From the IMG/VR virus record IMGVR_UViG_3300021963_000033: a stretch of DNA of 64,000 bases; one strand, given 5' to 3'. Under the pieces are notes generated by a model. That model saw only the letters and a program-made list of their open reading frames with translations, searched no databases and was not told the DNA's origin. A program made the translations under genes and the position numbers. The stretch is from a virus (Duplodnaviria > Heunggongvirae > Uroviricota > Caudoviricetes). Of this stretch, positions 44,596 to 54,629 are shown in pieces; positions within the stretch are counted from its first letter, which is position 1, and the number at the start of each line of letters is the position of its first letter.

Positions 44596-44624
44596 ACTAT
44601 ACTATAATTTGTTGGAAAAGTCAA
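44596..44624 (-). promoter_or_regulatory. early promoter, family member
   Basis: GGGCTTGACT-17-TATAGT. Confidence 0.55.
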
Positions 44625-44887
44625 GCCCTAAAATTAACAGAGGTGATACGGTCATAACGAAATGCTCGCCACTCATTCTTATCCAGATCCCAGACTGCGA
44701 GAGTTTCGCCGCTAGGTGGTTTTGTCTTTGTCCCCTTTTCACTGTACGGGGGAATGACGCCTTCTTGTAGAGTGCAGCGCATCACACGTTCTTGTCCATT
44801 CAGTTTAGTAAAACTAACAGTCGCTTCACCCTGCGCAAGAGTTGCCTTCAGGTCTTCGCGCCATTCTTGATTCATAATATTCATCAC
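44621..44887 (-). CDS. hypothetical protein
   Basis: ORF. Confidence 0.45.
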   Translation of the reverse strand: MMNIMNQEWREDLKATLAQGEATVSFTKLNGQERVMRCTLQEGVIPPYSEKGTKTKPPSGETLAVWDLDKNEWRAFRYDRITSVNFRA

Positions 44888-45864
44888 ATTTTCCTTATAT
44901 TGTTTTCATCAATAATAATCTTACCGTCCCTCCAAGATTTCTTCGGGGGATCTGGTGCTGGTATGTCATGCGTCGAAACAGGTTTATTCTCATGTTTCTC
45001 GAAAACAAAGAAGTCTGGTGCTTCAACAACAGATTTCTTCTTAGGTTTCTTAGCAGTTCGAACAACGTTCTTAGATTTAACCTCATCAACGACGACATAG
45101 TCTACTATACCTGATTCCTTATTCTTTGTCAAGCCTAAAAATGTCATGTTAGCAGCAATAATTAGTAATATTGCCAGCGGGTCGAACACGAAAATGAGTA
45201 TGATGATCATCATACGCACTGCTTTATCCACAGTAGCGGAATCACCACTACCGTAGAATAGTTCTGCGATATATTTTATCGGACCTACTTCTGCTTCGAG
45301 TTTAAGATTTTCTGTTTTGAGCGGTATGAGATCAGTCTCAATAGTCTCAATGTCTGCAGTCGCACTCTTAATTTCAGCATCAAGGGACGCACGTTCCCTT
45401 TTCTGCCTGTTTCTAATGAAATTAGCATCCAACACATCTTCTGCAGTAGTGAGTCTGTCCAGAGTATCCAGAGATGTTTGCGCATTCTTCAGTCTCCTTT
45501 CGGCGGATGTCTTCTTGCTTTCGAGTTGCTCTATTTTGAATACTGCTGAACCACCAACAGTAGTGTGTTCAATGTGCGATCGACTTAGATAACCGAACAC
45601 ACCCATACTTGTAATGAATGACAGCACACAAACTGCAATGGTGAAGTATGTCTTCAACAGTTTGTTTGCAGTTTTCCAGTTGCGATACACCCAACTGGCA
45701 GTAACAAGTTTGGCAAGTTCTAATACCACACCCATAGCAGCTACGGCCATAGGGGAAGCAGGAAAGATAGCCATCAATCCCAAGATAGAAAAGTAGCCAG
45801 CGACACCAGTTATCGCCAATGCTACCAGCATCAAGAGTGCTGCGAAAAACATCCAGGTCTCCAA
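44884..45864 (-). CDS. membrane protein with long coiled-coil
   Basis: Three to four TM helices flank a central coiled coil and a basic C-terminus. Confidence 0.5.
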   Translation of the reverse strand: METWMFFAALLMLVALAITGVAGYFSILGLMAIFPASPMAVAAMGVVLELAKLVTASWVYRNWKTANKLLKTYFTIAVCVLSFITSMGVFGYLSRSHIEHTTVGGSAVFKIEQLESKKTSAERRLKNAQTSLDTLDRLTTAEDVLDANFIRNRQKRERASLDAEIKSATADIETIETDLIPLKTENLKLEAEVGPIKYIAELFYGSGDSATVDKAVRMMIIILIFVFDPLAILLIIAANMTFLGLTKNKESGIVDYVVVDEVKSKNVVRTAKKPKKKSVVEAPDFFVFEKHENKPVSTHDIPAPDPPKKSWRDGKIIIDENNIRKM

Positions 45865-46187
45865 TCAGGTAATTTTAATTCTTTCAAGTGATCAAGTCTC
45901 AGACGAACATTCCACATTTGATTTATGCAGTTATCGTCGAGTCTGTGTTCCCATTGCAGGATATGCTCAACTGCTTTGGCATGCGATTTGCTGTCATATT
46001 CAGCGACAACTTCTTTGCGCATCTCGCCCTCATAGTTAGTCACATAAGAGGAACTTCCGAAGTATGCTTCAAAAAGTTTCTCTGTCTTACATGAATACCC
46101 AATATAAAATTTGCCGTCGTCGAAGTAAGTGCAATATACTCTATGCACCTTCTTCGGCGACGGCTTACGTTTTTTCTTAACTGTCAT
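45831..46187 (-). CDS. small GIY-YIG domain nuclease
   Basis: RVYCTYFDDGKFYIGYS is GIY-YIG; conserved R, E and N follow. Confidence 0.5.
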   Translation of the reverse strand: MTVKKKRKPSPKKVHRVYCTYFDDGKFYIGYSCKTEKLFEAYFGSSSYVTNYEGEMRKEVVAEYDSKSHAKAVEHILQWEHRLDDNCINQMWNVRLRLDHLKELKLPDWRPGCFSQHS

Positions 46188-46210
46188 AATCTACTCCGTA
46201 AGTAGATTAT

Positions 46211-46375
46211 TTATTCGTCCTCGACCCAATCATCCCATGATAAATCTTCTTCTTCTTCGGTAACTTTTGTACCACAGAAGGGACAATGTTTGACTTTGTA
46301 ATAATCATCGTCCAAGTCATGATCAATTGTGAAGACTGCATCACAAGAAAAACACTCATGTTCTACGTCAGACAT
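46211..46375 (-). CDS. small zinc-ribbon protein (54 aa)
   Basis: CFSC...CPFC. Absent from the ORF track; no clear SD (coupling). Confidence 0.35.
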   Translation of the reverse strand: MSDVEHECFSCDAVFTIDHDLDDDYYKVKHCPFCGTKVTEEEEDLSWDDWVEDE

Positions 46376-46380
46376 ACAAT

Positions 46381-46683
46381 TTACACATCAGTAATGGCAC
46401 GAGTGGATATAATTCCAGCAGAAGCATGATAATTATCCATTGCAGCGCCCAGATTACTTGAAGCAGCAAATACTGCAAACTCTTCAGCAACTGCATCATC
46501 TGCAAACGTATACTGTAACACTTGCGTATTGCCATCATTTAATATATCGAATTGAAATGATACTTTGTCACTATTCTCTTGCAACCACTCGTCCATTACA
46601 GTATTTTGTGGTGGATTTGTCTCAAAATACCACAGAGTTTGAGTTGACGGTTTGGTATTTGTAACAGTAAGTCTTTTGGCCAT
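46381..46683 (-). CDS. hypothetical protein
   Basis: ORF. Confidence 0.5.
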   Translation of the reverse strand: MAKRLTVTNTKPSTQTLWYFETNPPQNTVMDEWLQENSDKVSFQFDILNDGNTQVLQYTFADDAVAEEFAVFAASSNLGAAMDNYHASAGIISTRAITDV

Positions 46684-46707
46684 GTTAATTCCTTTCTCGT
46701 TTAAATT

Positions 46708-47697
46708 TTATGCTGCCAACCCCCAGACATCATCCCACTTCCCTGATAGTGCACCCTTCGCATAGTCGGTAGCACGATTCTCGAAGAAGTTCGTATGAGT
46801 CGGAGCATTGATCATTTCCTCGACCCATGGCAGAGGATTTTTCTTGATTTTAAAGATACCCTTAAGACCAAGACTAATCAGTCGGCGGTCGCAGATATAA
46901 CGGATATACTTCTTAACATCATCTTCAGTCAAGTTTTCCATTGTTCCCATCGAGAATGACAGTTCGATAAACTTGTCTTCAAGTTCAACCATCTTTTCTG
47001 CGATAGTATAGATCTGTGACTTTAGATCGTCATTCCACAATTCACGATTTTCTTCAACATATGAACGGAACAGTTTAATCATACCTTCAGCGTGTTGAGT
47101 TTCATCAACAATCGACCAAGTAACAATCTGTCCCATACCTTTCATCTTTCCGTGACGAGGGAAGTTGAGCAGCATGATGAAGGACGAGAACAACTGCATA
47201 CCTTCAGTGAATGCACTAAATGCAGCGATATTGGTCGCGACTGATTCAGGTGTTCCATTTGCATTCGACAAATCTGTAAAGTAGTCGTGCTTTGCTCGCA
47301 TTGAGTCGTATTCAAGGAATTCCTGATACGTCGTTTCTGGCATACCCAGTGTTTCAATAAGGTGAGAATACGCTGCAACATGTAATGCCTCCCTTGCCGC
47401 GAAACCCATCAGCATCATGCGAACTTCAGGTTGTGGGAAATGTGGCAGATAGTTCTTCACATAACCACCAGCAACATCAATGTCACCCTGTGTGAAGAAG
47501 CGGAAAATGTTAGTTAGGAAATGCTTTTCGCCATCATTAAGACGCTTCTTCCAGTCATTGACATCTTCGGACATCGGGACTTCAGTGTGCAACCAATGCG
47601 ACTGCTCATGTTTCAACCATGCGTCATATGCCCATGGGTAGTTGAACGGTTTAAAATATGCTCGTTCTGTCATTAAGGTCATACTGTTTCTGCCCAC
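46708..47697 (-). CDS. nrdB: ribonucleotide reductase class I beta subunit
   Basis: Di-iron ligand motifs (EALHVAAYSHLIETLG, E...H pairs). Confidence 0.75.
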   Translation of the reverse strand: MGRNSMTLMTERAYFKPFNYPWAYDAWLKHEQSHWLHTEVPMSEDVNDWKKRLNDGEKHFLTNIFRFFTQGDIDVAGGYVKNYLPHFPQPEVRMMLMGFAAREALHVAAYSHLIETLGMPETTYQEFLEYDSMRAKHDYFTDLSNANGTPESVATNIAAFSAFTEGMQLFSSFIMLLNFPRHGKMKGMGQIVTWSIVDETQHAEGMIKLFRSYVEENRELWNDDLKSQIYTIAEKMVELEDKFIELSFSMGTMENLTEDDVKKYIRYICDRRLISLGLKGIFKIKKNPLPWVEEMINAPTHTNFFENRATDYAKGALSGKWDDVWGLAA

Positions 47698-47915
47698 TTT
47701 ACTAAATCGTCATAACCACCAACATGCTCACCGTTCACCCAGATCTGAGGAACAGTCTTCACATCAGGCAATTGTGCGGTAATGTCTTCCCACAGGCAGT
47801 CTTTACCAACTACCATTTCTGTATACTGGATGTCCATTCCTACCATAAACTCTTTCGCAAGAGTACAGTATGGACATTCAGGTTTTGATACTATTTGTGC
47901 AAAATAACTTGTCAT
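47679..47915 (-). CDS. nrdC: glutaredoxin (NrdC-like)
   Basis: CPYC active site (SKPECPYCTLAKE); 78 aa, adjacent to nrdAB. Confidence 0.65.
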   Translation of the reverse strand: MTSYFAQIVSKPECPYCTLAKEFMVGMDIQYTEMVVGKDCLWEDITAQLPDVKTVPQIWVNGEHVGGYDDLVKWAETV

Positions 47916-47918
47916 TTC

Positions 47919-49718
47919 TTACCCTTCGCATGCAACGCAGTTATCACCGTCGATCATTGCCTTGAAGTCAATTTCTTTAATTGCTTCACGCTCAATGCGC
48001 TTAGAAACCTTGTCTGCTTTTCCTATTTTTTCTGAACGACAATAATATAAAGTCTTCAACCCCTGCTTCCATGCGAGGAAGTGGACAGCATGAAGATATT
48101 TGATATTTGCATCAGGACGGAAGAATAGATTGAGAGACTGTGCCTGATCAATAAACTTCTGTCTGTCTGCAGCGTGCTCGATGACCCACCGCTGATCAAT
48201 TTCCATGGAGGTCTTATAAACTTCCTTAGTAATTGCATCCATCCACGTAAGGTGTTGCACTGAACCATCATTGGCGATAATTGAAGACCAAGTCTCATCA
48301 TACCACCCATCTTTGTGATTCGCTGCTTCATCTTTGATGATAATATCAAGGTATTTATTCTTATTAAGAAATGAACCCGATAGCGTATCTTGACGATATG
48401 CATTTGCTCGCCACGGTTCAATCGACGGACTGGTATTTCCCATGATGATTGATGAAGATGCATTTGGTGCGATTGCCTGTGTATGAGAGAATCGACGACC
48501 AGTGCCAGCAGCATCAGGTGCTTCGCCACGTTCAGCACCAAGTTCTAGATTTGCAACATCGAGACGATTCTTGATCAGTTTAAACATGCGCATGTTAGTG
48601 CCCTTGGCGACTGCTGACTCCCACGCAATACCCTTGCGTTGTAGATAAGCATGGAACCCAAGTGCGCCAATACCAATAGAACGTTCGCGCATTGCTGCGT
48701 ACTTAGCACGTTTTACTGTATTCGGAGCATTGTCAATAAAATACTGGAGAACATTGTCAAGCATCTCTGCCATGTCCTTTAGGAACATAGAATCTTTCGA
48801 CCAAGCATCATAATATTCTAGATTGACGGATGACAAACAACAAACAGCAGTACGCTTCTTGTCAGTTGGCAGAATAATTTCTGAGCAGAGATTTGACTGA
48901 TGAATTTTCAGACCGAGATCTTTCTGGAACTGTGGCATCATGCGATTTGATGTATCAATGAAGTGCAGGTATGGTTCGCCAGTCATCATACGCAGTTCTA
49001 GAATCTTCTGCCATAGTTCTTTCGCAGAAACTGTTTCACGAATTTCGCCAGACTTAGGGTCGGTTAGATTCCAACTGTCATCTGCTTCGTGGTCTGCCAT
49101 GCATCGTTGGATGATTTCCATGAAGTCGTCGGTAATGTTGATTCCGTGGTGTAAATTCAGGCATCGGATATTGGGATCGCCAGTAGGTTTACGCATCTCA
49201 AGAAATTGTCCCACGTCAGGATGACTAATGTCAAGATAAGCGGCATAACTGCCACGACGAGTGCGACCCTGACGATACGCCATCGAACTTGAATCATAAG
49301 TTTTAAGATGTGGCATAACACCAGTAGACTTATCATCAGCAGCGCGAATACCAAAACCAATTCCAACACCGCCCCCGAGCATCGACAACCAACTGGTTTC
49401 GCTGAGATTCTCAACTAGACCTTCTGCCGTGTCATCAATGAAATTTAAAAAACAACTGATTGGCATTCCACGCTTAGAACGACCAAAGGAAAGAATTGGT
49501 GTCGCATATGACAACCAATGTTTCGATGAATAATCATATAGACGTTGCGCATGCTCGAGATTTGATGCGAAAGCAGTAGAAACATAGGCGAATCTATGCT
49601 GCGGGGAAGTTTCGTCCTCTCGCATGTATGATTCTTCTAGTCGCTGGATACCAAGTTTATCAAATAGAGAGTCGCGTGAATAATCTATTTCTATACCCAG
49701 ATATGTTTCTTTTTTCAT
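47919..49718 (-). CDS. nrdA: ribonucleotide reductase class I alpha subunit (no ATP-cone)
   Basis: Catalytic NLCSEII and a C-terminal Cys pair (CVACEG); 599 aa. Confidence 0.75.
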   Translation of the reverse strand: MKKETYLGIEIDYSRDSLFDKLGIQRLEESYMREDETSPQHRFAYVSTAFASNLEHAQRLYDYSSKHWLSYATPILSFGRSKRGMPISCFLNFIDDTAEGLVENLSETSWLSMLGGGVGIGFGIRAADDKSTGVMPHLKTYDSSSMAYRQGRTRRGSYAAYLDISHPDVGQFLEMRKPTGDPNIRCLNLHHGINITDDFMEIIQRCMADHEADDSWNLTDPKSGEIRETVSAKELWQKILELRMMTGEPYLHFIDTSNRMMPQFQKDLGLKIHQSNLCSEIILPTDKKRTAVCCLSSVNLEYYDAWSKDSMFLKDMAEMLDNVLQYFIDNAPNTVKRAKYAAMRERSIGIGALGFHAYLQRKGIAWESAVAKGTNMRMFKLIKNRLDVANLELGAERGEAPDAAGTGRRFSHTQAIAPNASSSIIMGNTSPSIEPWRANAYRQDTLSGSFLNKNKYLDIIIKDEAANHKDGWYDETWSSIIANDGSVQHLTWMDAITKEVYKTSMEIDQRWVIEHAADRQKFIDQAQSLNLFFRPDANIKYLHAVHFLAWKQGLKTLYYCRSEKIGKADKVSKRIEREAIKEIDFKAMIDGDNCVACEG

Positions 49719-50339
49719 TTATAGTCCCTGTTCCTTTAATACTCGTTCGATATCTGGTTTGAAGTATGATTCTGGTTTTAGAATCTTACCATCTTCACGC
49801 TTTTTAATCTTACCATTATCAGAAACCTTGCTCATGTTTGACGCACGAACTTCTTCCCAGACTTTATTGAAGTCGATACCAAGAGTTGTAAACAATCCTT
49901 GGACAACCCAAACTAGGTCGGCACCACCGTCAGCAATGTCTCCGATATGGCGACGAAGAAATCCGTCACAAAGTTCACGAAATTCTTCATCAATCAGGTC
50001 AATATATAGGCGTGCTTGCTGCTCATTTTTCTCGTTCAAGTGCGGGGTTGTTCCAACATACTGATCGGCAGCTGCCATAAATTCGGTAACATCTTTTTGG
50101 TTATTCATAATATTTTCTTCTTTCCTTAATGTAAAACTGCCATCTTCATTTTCAATCCAGATGATATCATCTCCTGGTTTCCAACCAACTCGCTCAAAAA
50201 CTTCAGATTCTAAATAGTAAAAATCTTCTTCTTCATTGTATTTTATAATTGCGGTTTCGTGCGGGTTTTTGGACTCAAAATTGGGCCGCGAAAAAATCAC
50301 GTCCCGAGAATTTTGAAACTTTTTTCCAGATTGGGTCAA
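49719..50339 (-). CDS. mazG: MazG-like nucleoside triphosphate pyrophosphohydrolase
   Basis: EExxE/D motifs (LIDEEFRELCDGF, DIADGGADLVWVVQGLF). Confidence 0.6.
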   Translation of the reverse strand: MTQSGKKFQNSRDVIFSRPNFESKNPHETAIIKYNEEEDFYYLESEVFERVGWKPGDDIIWIENEDGSFTLRKEENIMNNQKDVTEFMAAADQYVGTTPHLNEKNEQQARLYIDLIDEEFRELCDGFLRRHIGDIADGGADLVWVVQGLFTTLGIDFNKVWEEVRASNMSKVSDNGKIKKREDGKILKPESYFKPDIERVLKEQGL

Positions 50340-51040
50340 GGTAGTTTTCGTTCGAACTCTGCTTGCGCTGCCATGCTATCAATTGCTGCCTTCACATCGG
50401 GGAAGTGGTGACAAATGATTTCCCAGCACTGCTCGGCGACGAAGCGGTGTTCCTTTTGCGTTGCCTTATCCATACGCAACTGACAATAGTGAACCCATGA
50501 TCGAAGCGAACCTGCCATGATGATAGTTGATTCTGTTAGACCTTCAGGGAGAACAGCACGTGCCTGTTCCTTGGCGATACCATTTTCAATTGCCCACTCA
50601 TAAGTATCTACCGCAGCATGAGTTAAGGTTCGTTGTTTCAAATCCCACTCTCCAGCAAGTTCGCTATCTTCAACTTCTACTGAGTTCTGTCGGTTTTTGG
50701 CATCCTGCAGGCGTGCTTCCCGTACAACAAATCCCAGATCCTTGGTTGGATCGGCGTAACGCTGACTGTACTCTTGGAATCTGAAAGAACTATGCCGCAA
50801 AATCTGGCGGGCAATATCTCGTGTTGTTTTAATTTCCATTGCGACATGGACCATCTCCAGTGGTGACCAGTGTTGGTTCTTAATAAGATATTGAACCAAC
50901 TTAGGTGCTGTTGCGGTGTTGTTTTGGTTTGACGGATTAGATACTCTTGCTGCCCATGCAACCAATTCATTGGCAGAATTACACTCTGTGTACGCAGACG
51001 GTTTAGACAGACTTACTAGATTTACTTCACTCAACTTCAA
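50336..51040 (-). CDS. thyX: flavin-dependent thymidylate synthase ThyX
   Basis: RHSSFRFQEYSQRY matches the ThyX signature RHRxxxxxxxSxR. Confidence 0.75.
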   Translation of the reverse strand: MKLSEVNLVSLSKPSAYTECNSANELVAWAARVSNPSNQNNTATAPKLVQYLIKNQHWSPLEMVHVAMEIKTTRDIARQILRHSSFRFQEYSQRYADPTKDLGFVVREARLQDAKNRQNSVEVEDSELAGEWDLKQRTLTHAAVDTYEWAIENGIAKEQARAVLPEGLTESTIIMAGSLRSWVHYCQLRMDKATQKEHRFVAEQCWEIICHHFPDVKAAIDSMAAQAEFERKLP

Positions 51041-51305
51041 ATTCCTTCACTGTTTGGAACTGCGCCTTACTTACGAAACCAATACCCAAAAGAGTATCTA
51101 TGCGGTCAGTAGCGTCGGCATAATTTGCATACCTACCATCATCGAACCACCACCAGCGGTCGAGTCCAAGAAACCAGCGAGGTTCGCGTCGATACTCTAC
51201 CATCCACATGTCGTCTGTTCGATGGATGCGTAACTTTGTAATCTTAATATGGTCAAACTCTACGCCATATTCGTTGGCGACTAACTCGCTCATACTTTCC
51301 TCCAC
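51027..51305 (-). CDS. hypothetical protein
   Basis: ORF. Confidence 0.45.
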   Translation of the reverse strand: MEESMSELVANEYGVEFDHIKITKLRIHRTDDMWMVEYRREPRWFLGLDRWWWFDDGRYANYADATDRIDTLLGIGFVSKAQFQTVKEFEVE

Positions 51306-52324
51306 ATGGCATATTTTGCTTTTGCCGATAGACCGTTAAACGTATTATCATTTATAATACTCTGAATTTCACTAGAAGTCAATCCATTTTCAATCATTTC
51401 ATTAATATCTTTTCCTGGAACATCTGGCCAGATTACAATCTTATATCCCTGATCAATATACTTATTCATCAACTTACCGACGTCTCTGTTCTTGGGTTGA
51501 TTATCAAAGATAATTGTTATGTTTTCTTTTGGGATAGGTAGTTGATCAATCTTTCCGAATGAGGTTCCAGCACAAGCAATAGAATTATGCAGAAAAAGGG
51601 AATCAAGAGGCCCTTCGACGACGAATACTTCTTGCGTAGGATCGACCTTATCCAAACCAAAAATCGAGGGAGCATCTTCATCTACTTTAACGTTAATATA
51701 ACGAAGTGACTCGCCTCTGATTCCGCGAAGGCTAACAACAAGGAGTTTGTTATTGCCATCAAGAAAAGGAATCGCGAGTCGCGGTTCAGACGTAATGATC
51801 GAGTCTTTGTATTTGTCATTAAGTTGTATGACATCTTTAACATTAGATATGAAATACAACCTATCAAAAGCATCGCGAGGGATCCTGCGGTCAGTAACAT
51901 ATTGAATTACCTCATGGTCATCTGGTAGTGTATCGAGGCGATCCATAATCGAGTCGATAAGTTTTGGTTCAGGTTTCTTTGTAAACTTTGGTTCTTCGAA
52001 CTTGAGAACTTCTTCAACATTCTTATGTGCATTGGCGCGGCCATGACCGCCATCAGCATATCGCTCAACGACATACTGACTATATTGGGTGGGATCGAAG
52101 TTCTTCAGGAAAGTTCCAAAGTGATGACTCGCGCCACATTTATGGCACTTGTAATATAGATCCTGTTTACCACGATAGAAATAACCACGTGCCCGTTTCT
52201 TATTACGCTGTGAATCACCACAGATAGGACATCTGCAGTTGAACAAATCTTGTGATTTTTTCTTGAAGTTCTCGAGACGATGCGCGATCGCGTTCAGATA
52301 CTTGATGTCAATATATAAACTCAT
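51290..52324 (-). CDS. DNA primase (zinc-ribbon plus TOPRIM; T4 gp61/DnaG-like)
   Basis: CRCPICGD...CHKCG zinc ribbon, then a TOPRIM segment (FVVEGPLDSLFL). A possible promoter at 52325-52365 (TTTACT-N17-TATAAC) is weak. Confidence 0.6.
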   Translation of the reverse strand: MSLYIDIKYLNAIAHRLENFKKKSQDLFNCRCPICGDSQRNKKRARGYFYRGKQDLYYKCHKCGASHHFGTFLKNFDPTQYSQYVVERYADGGHGRANAHKNVEEVLKFEEPKFTKKPEPKLIDSIMDRLDTLPDDHEVIQYVTDRRIPRDAFDRLYFISNVKDVIQLNDKYKDSIITSEPRLAIPFLDGNNKLLVVSLRGIRGESLRYINVKVDEDAPSIFGLDKVDPTQEVFVVEGPLDSLFLHNSIACAGTSFGKIDQLPIPKENITIIFDNQPKNRDVGKLMNKYIDQGYKIVIWPDVPGKDINEMIENGLTSSEIQSIINDNTFNGLSAKAKYAMWRKV

Positions 52325-52364
52325 AATATAGTTATACCTCGAAACGAGGGAGAAGTAAAGGTTT

Positions 52365-52832
52365 TTATTGAATAAATTTCATAAGCATTGGGAGTATCTT
52401 GGTGATGATAGCACCGACAACGATACCGCCACCAATCATAAGATACTTGGTTTTTTCCAATTTGTCAATACGATTTTTGTTTTTTTCTTCTTCTTTATCA
52501 ACAGAAGTTTTTAGTGAACCGATGGCAGCAAGCATCTTGTCTTCGGTGGACTGAATTTTTGCCTCGAGTTCACGAGTGGTTGTCGTGATACGCGAATGTA
52601 ACTCAGCGTTAATTGTCTTGGTTTCTTGTCTGTGCACTTCTAAACTTTCGTAGATATCTTCGTTGACTGATTCTTGCGCTTCAAGTTTAGTATCATGAAC
52701 AGCGAGCATCTTATTGATGCAGTTGGAAACATCGCCAATCTTTTCGATGGCGAGGTCGAGACGACTGAACACGATCTGAATTTGCTTCAGATCGTGTTCA
52801 ATGACTGCAACTTTTGTTTCCAAAGATTCCAT
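52365..52832 (-). CDS. coiled-coil protein
   Basis: Heptad-rich with a C-terminal TM segment. Confidence 0.45.
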   Translation of the reverse strand: MESLETKVAVIEHDLKQIQIVFSRLDLAIEKIGDVSNCINKMLAVHDTKLEAQESVNEDIYESLEVHRQETKTINAELHSRITTTTRELEAKIQSTEDKMLAAIGSLKTSVDKEEEKNKNRIDKLEKTKYLMIGGGIVVGAIITKILPMLMKFIQ

Positions 52833-53051
52833 TTACTTCGCCTTTGGTTTACGTACTTTTTTGACAACTGCCTTGACTTCTTCGACCTTTGCTTCTGCTT
52901 TGTCGACTGCTGCAGTAATCTCAGCAAGATCCACCTTGCCATCCTTGTTAGCATCAACGAAACCAAAAAGTTTCTTTAGTGCGTCTTTAATTTGATTTAG
53001 CATATTCTTATCCCCATGCTGCGAATTGTTTTGTTTTCTTAATACGGTCAT
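52833..53051 (-). CDS. small EF-hand-like protein
   Basis: DANKDGKVDLAE is a canonical 12-residue EF-hand loop. Confidence 0.45.
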   Translation of the reverse strand: MTVLRKQNNSQHGDKNMLNQIKDALKKLFGFVDANKDGKVDLAEITAAVDKAEAKVEEVKAVVKKVRKPKAK

Positions 53052-54183
53052 CTAGACCATGAGTTCCACCATTTACTCGACGAGTAATTTGACCAATAAC
53101 TGCATCGGTAACGCCCTTGTTAGCGATTGCGAACAGTCCGTTCTTGTTAAAGAACCATAGTGCTGATTCGAATGCGAGTTCGGTTGCTACGATATCTGGA
53201 TTTGTCAAAACATCAGGACGACCGATGTCTTGAGCGAATTGAGTATAGTTGCTCTTACCAGTCAACTGGATCGGACCACGTCCACGGAACTTCCATCCAT
53301 CACCCGATGACTCTGGACCATTGCCCATACGATTAGCATAAACCTTGTTGGCAATCTTCTCTGGTTTACGAGCATATCCTGCAGTCGAAGCGATTGTTGG
53401 GAAATACTTCTTGAAGATACCGTTGAGACCCTTGTCACTGTAGTTCAGGTTCTCTTGGAATACCTTGAAACCACCTGACTCGTGAGCGCACTGCCCGAAG
53501 AAGTGAGCAGCACCAGCAGTCGATAACTTATAGTGATCTCTCGCTGCCTTGAATGTTCCTGGTCCCCACTTACCATCAGCAGCGACACCACATTTTGCTT
53601 GAAGTGCTTGCATTGGACCAAGACCAGCAACAGTTGGCGCTTGGACTCCCGCCTTAGCAACCTGCGCGACTGCTTCTACCACAGGCGCGCCTGCTTCCTT
53701 TGTTGTGCTTGGATCAAAGTCGGCAACAGGAGTATACTTTGTTCCAGCTGCCTTGGACTTAGTAGCAACTAGACGCTGCTTGCGGTTTCCGCCTTCCTTT
53801 TTAATAGAAGCATGGACCCAACCAGAGTTCTTGTCACCAGCGGCATAGAATTCTAGGATAACTTGGTCAAACTCGAGATTGTCAGCAACCCAATCAGCAA
53901 CCTTCTTATTGTCTACGCCCTTTACTTCAAAGTCAATTGCTTGACCATTAACGTGTTGGGATGTAGCAGATCCACCAACTGCCTTGTTAACAAGTGGTGC
54001 ACGATATGAGGAGTTGATTGTTACTGGACCAAACTTAGCACGAACTGGTTCAAGAATTTTCTCGCAACAGTAACGCATGTTCTCAATATGTTCAGCAGTC
54101 GGTGTGTTAGGAATGCCAAGACGCTTTGCAGTTGGCGAGACAATCATTTCTCCGAGAGTAAAATGTTCAGTTAGTTGTGTCAT
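53008..54183 (-). CDS. modular endolysin: M15-family peptidase, peptidoglycan-binding domain and lysozyme/GH19-like domain
   Basis: SSYRAP...SQHVNGQAIDF is Peptidase_M15-like. AKCGVAADGKWGPGTFKA is a PG_binding_1 motif. QCAHESGGF is glycosidase-like. Confidence 0.6.
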   Translation of the reverse strand: MTQLTEHFTLGEMIVSPTAKRLGIPNTPTAEHIENMRYCCEKILEPVRAKFGPVTINSSYRAPLVNKAVGGSATSQHVNGQAIDFEVKGVDNKKVADWVADNLEFDQVILEFYAAGDKNSGWVHASIKKEGGNRKQRLVATKSKAAGTKYTPVADFDPSTTKEAGAPVVEAVAQVAKAGVQAPTVAGLGPMQALQAKCGVAADGKWGPGTFKAARDHYKLSTAGAAHFFGQCAHESGGFKVFQENLNYSDKGLNGIFKKYFPTIASTAGYARKPEKIANKVYANRMGNGPESSGDGWKFRGRGPIQLTGKSNYTQFAQDIGRPDVLTNPDIVATELAFESALWFFNKNGLFAIANKGVTDAVIGQITRRVNGGTHGLDDRIKKTKQFAAWG

Positions 54184-54193
54184 AATCTACTCC

Positions 54194-54628
54194 TTAGAAT
54201 GGACCGAAGTCGTCATCGCTGTCTTTATACTTATCGACCGCTGCCATCAGTTTGATTTCAGTGTCTGCTTCGATAGAGTTTGCTTCAGCGATATGCTTAT
54301 AATCAGTCTTGCCCATTTCTTGGACCTTAACATTTGGATCAAACTCAGAAACTTTCATGTTCATCATTGTAGCAAATGCACCAACGAATGCACCAACAAT
54401 CATCGAGAATGCTGGACCAATAATCTTGAAGATCTCATTGTTATCGATCATTGCATTTGGTAAAAACAATCCGATCAACATCATGATCACAACAGAAAGC
54501 ATGATAGATCCCAGCGTAATTGCTGCCATCTTCATGATCATAATCTGGACTTTACCCTTTTCGATCTCTAGTTTTTCTAGAGAGTCGATATTGTTCGAGA
54601 CTTTAACGAAATCCAACAAACCCTTCAT
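54194..54628 (-). CDS. holin-like membrane protein
   Basis: Two to three TM helices; immediately upstream of the endolysin. Confidence 0.4.
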   Translation of the reverse strand: MKGLLDFVKVSNNIDSLEKLEIEKGKVQIMIMKMAAITLGSIMLSVVIMMLIGLFLPNAMIDNNEIFKIIGPAFSMIVGAFVGAFATMMNMKVSEFDPNVKVQEMGKTDYKHIAEANSIEADTEIKLMAAVDKYKDSDDDFGPF

Positions 54629-54629
54629 G

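Noticed and set aside
52325-52365. Additional family promoter upstream of the primase
   Set aside because: It has only TTTACT-N17-TATAAC without the conserved GGGCTTGACA flank or an SD. It is too weak to call and is mentioned only in the primase evidence.
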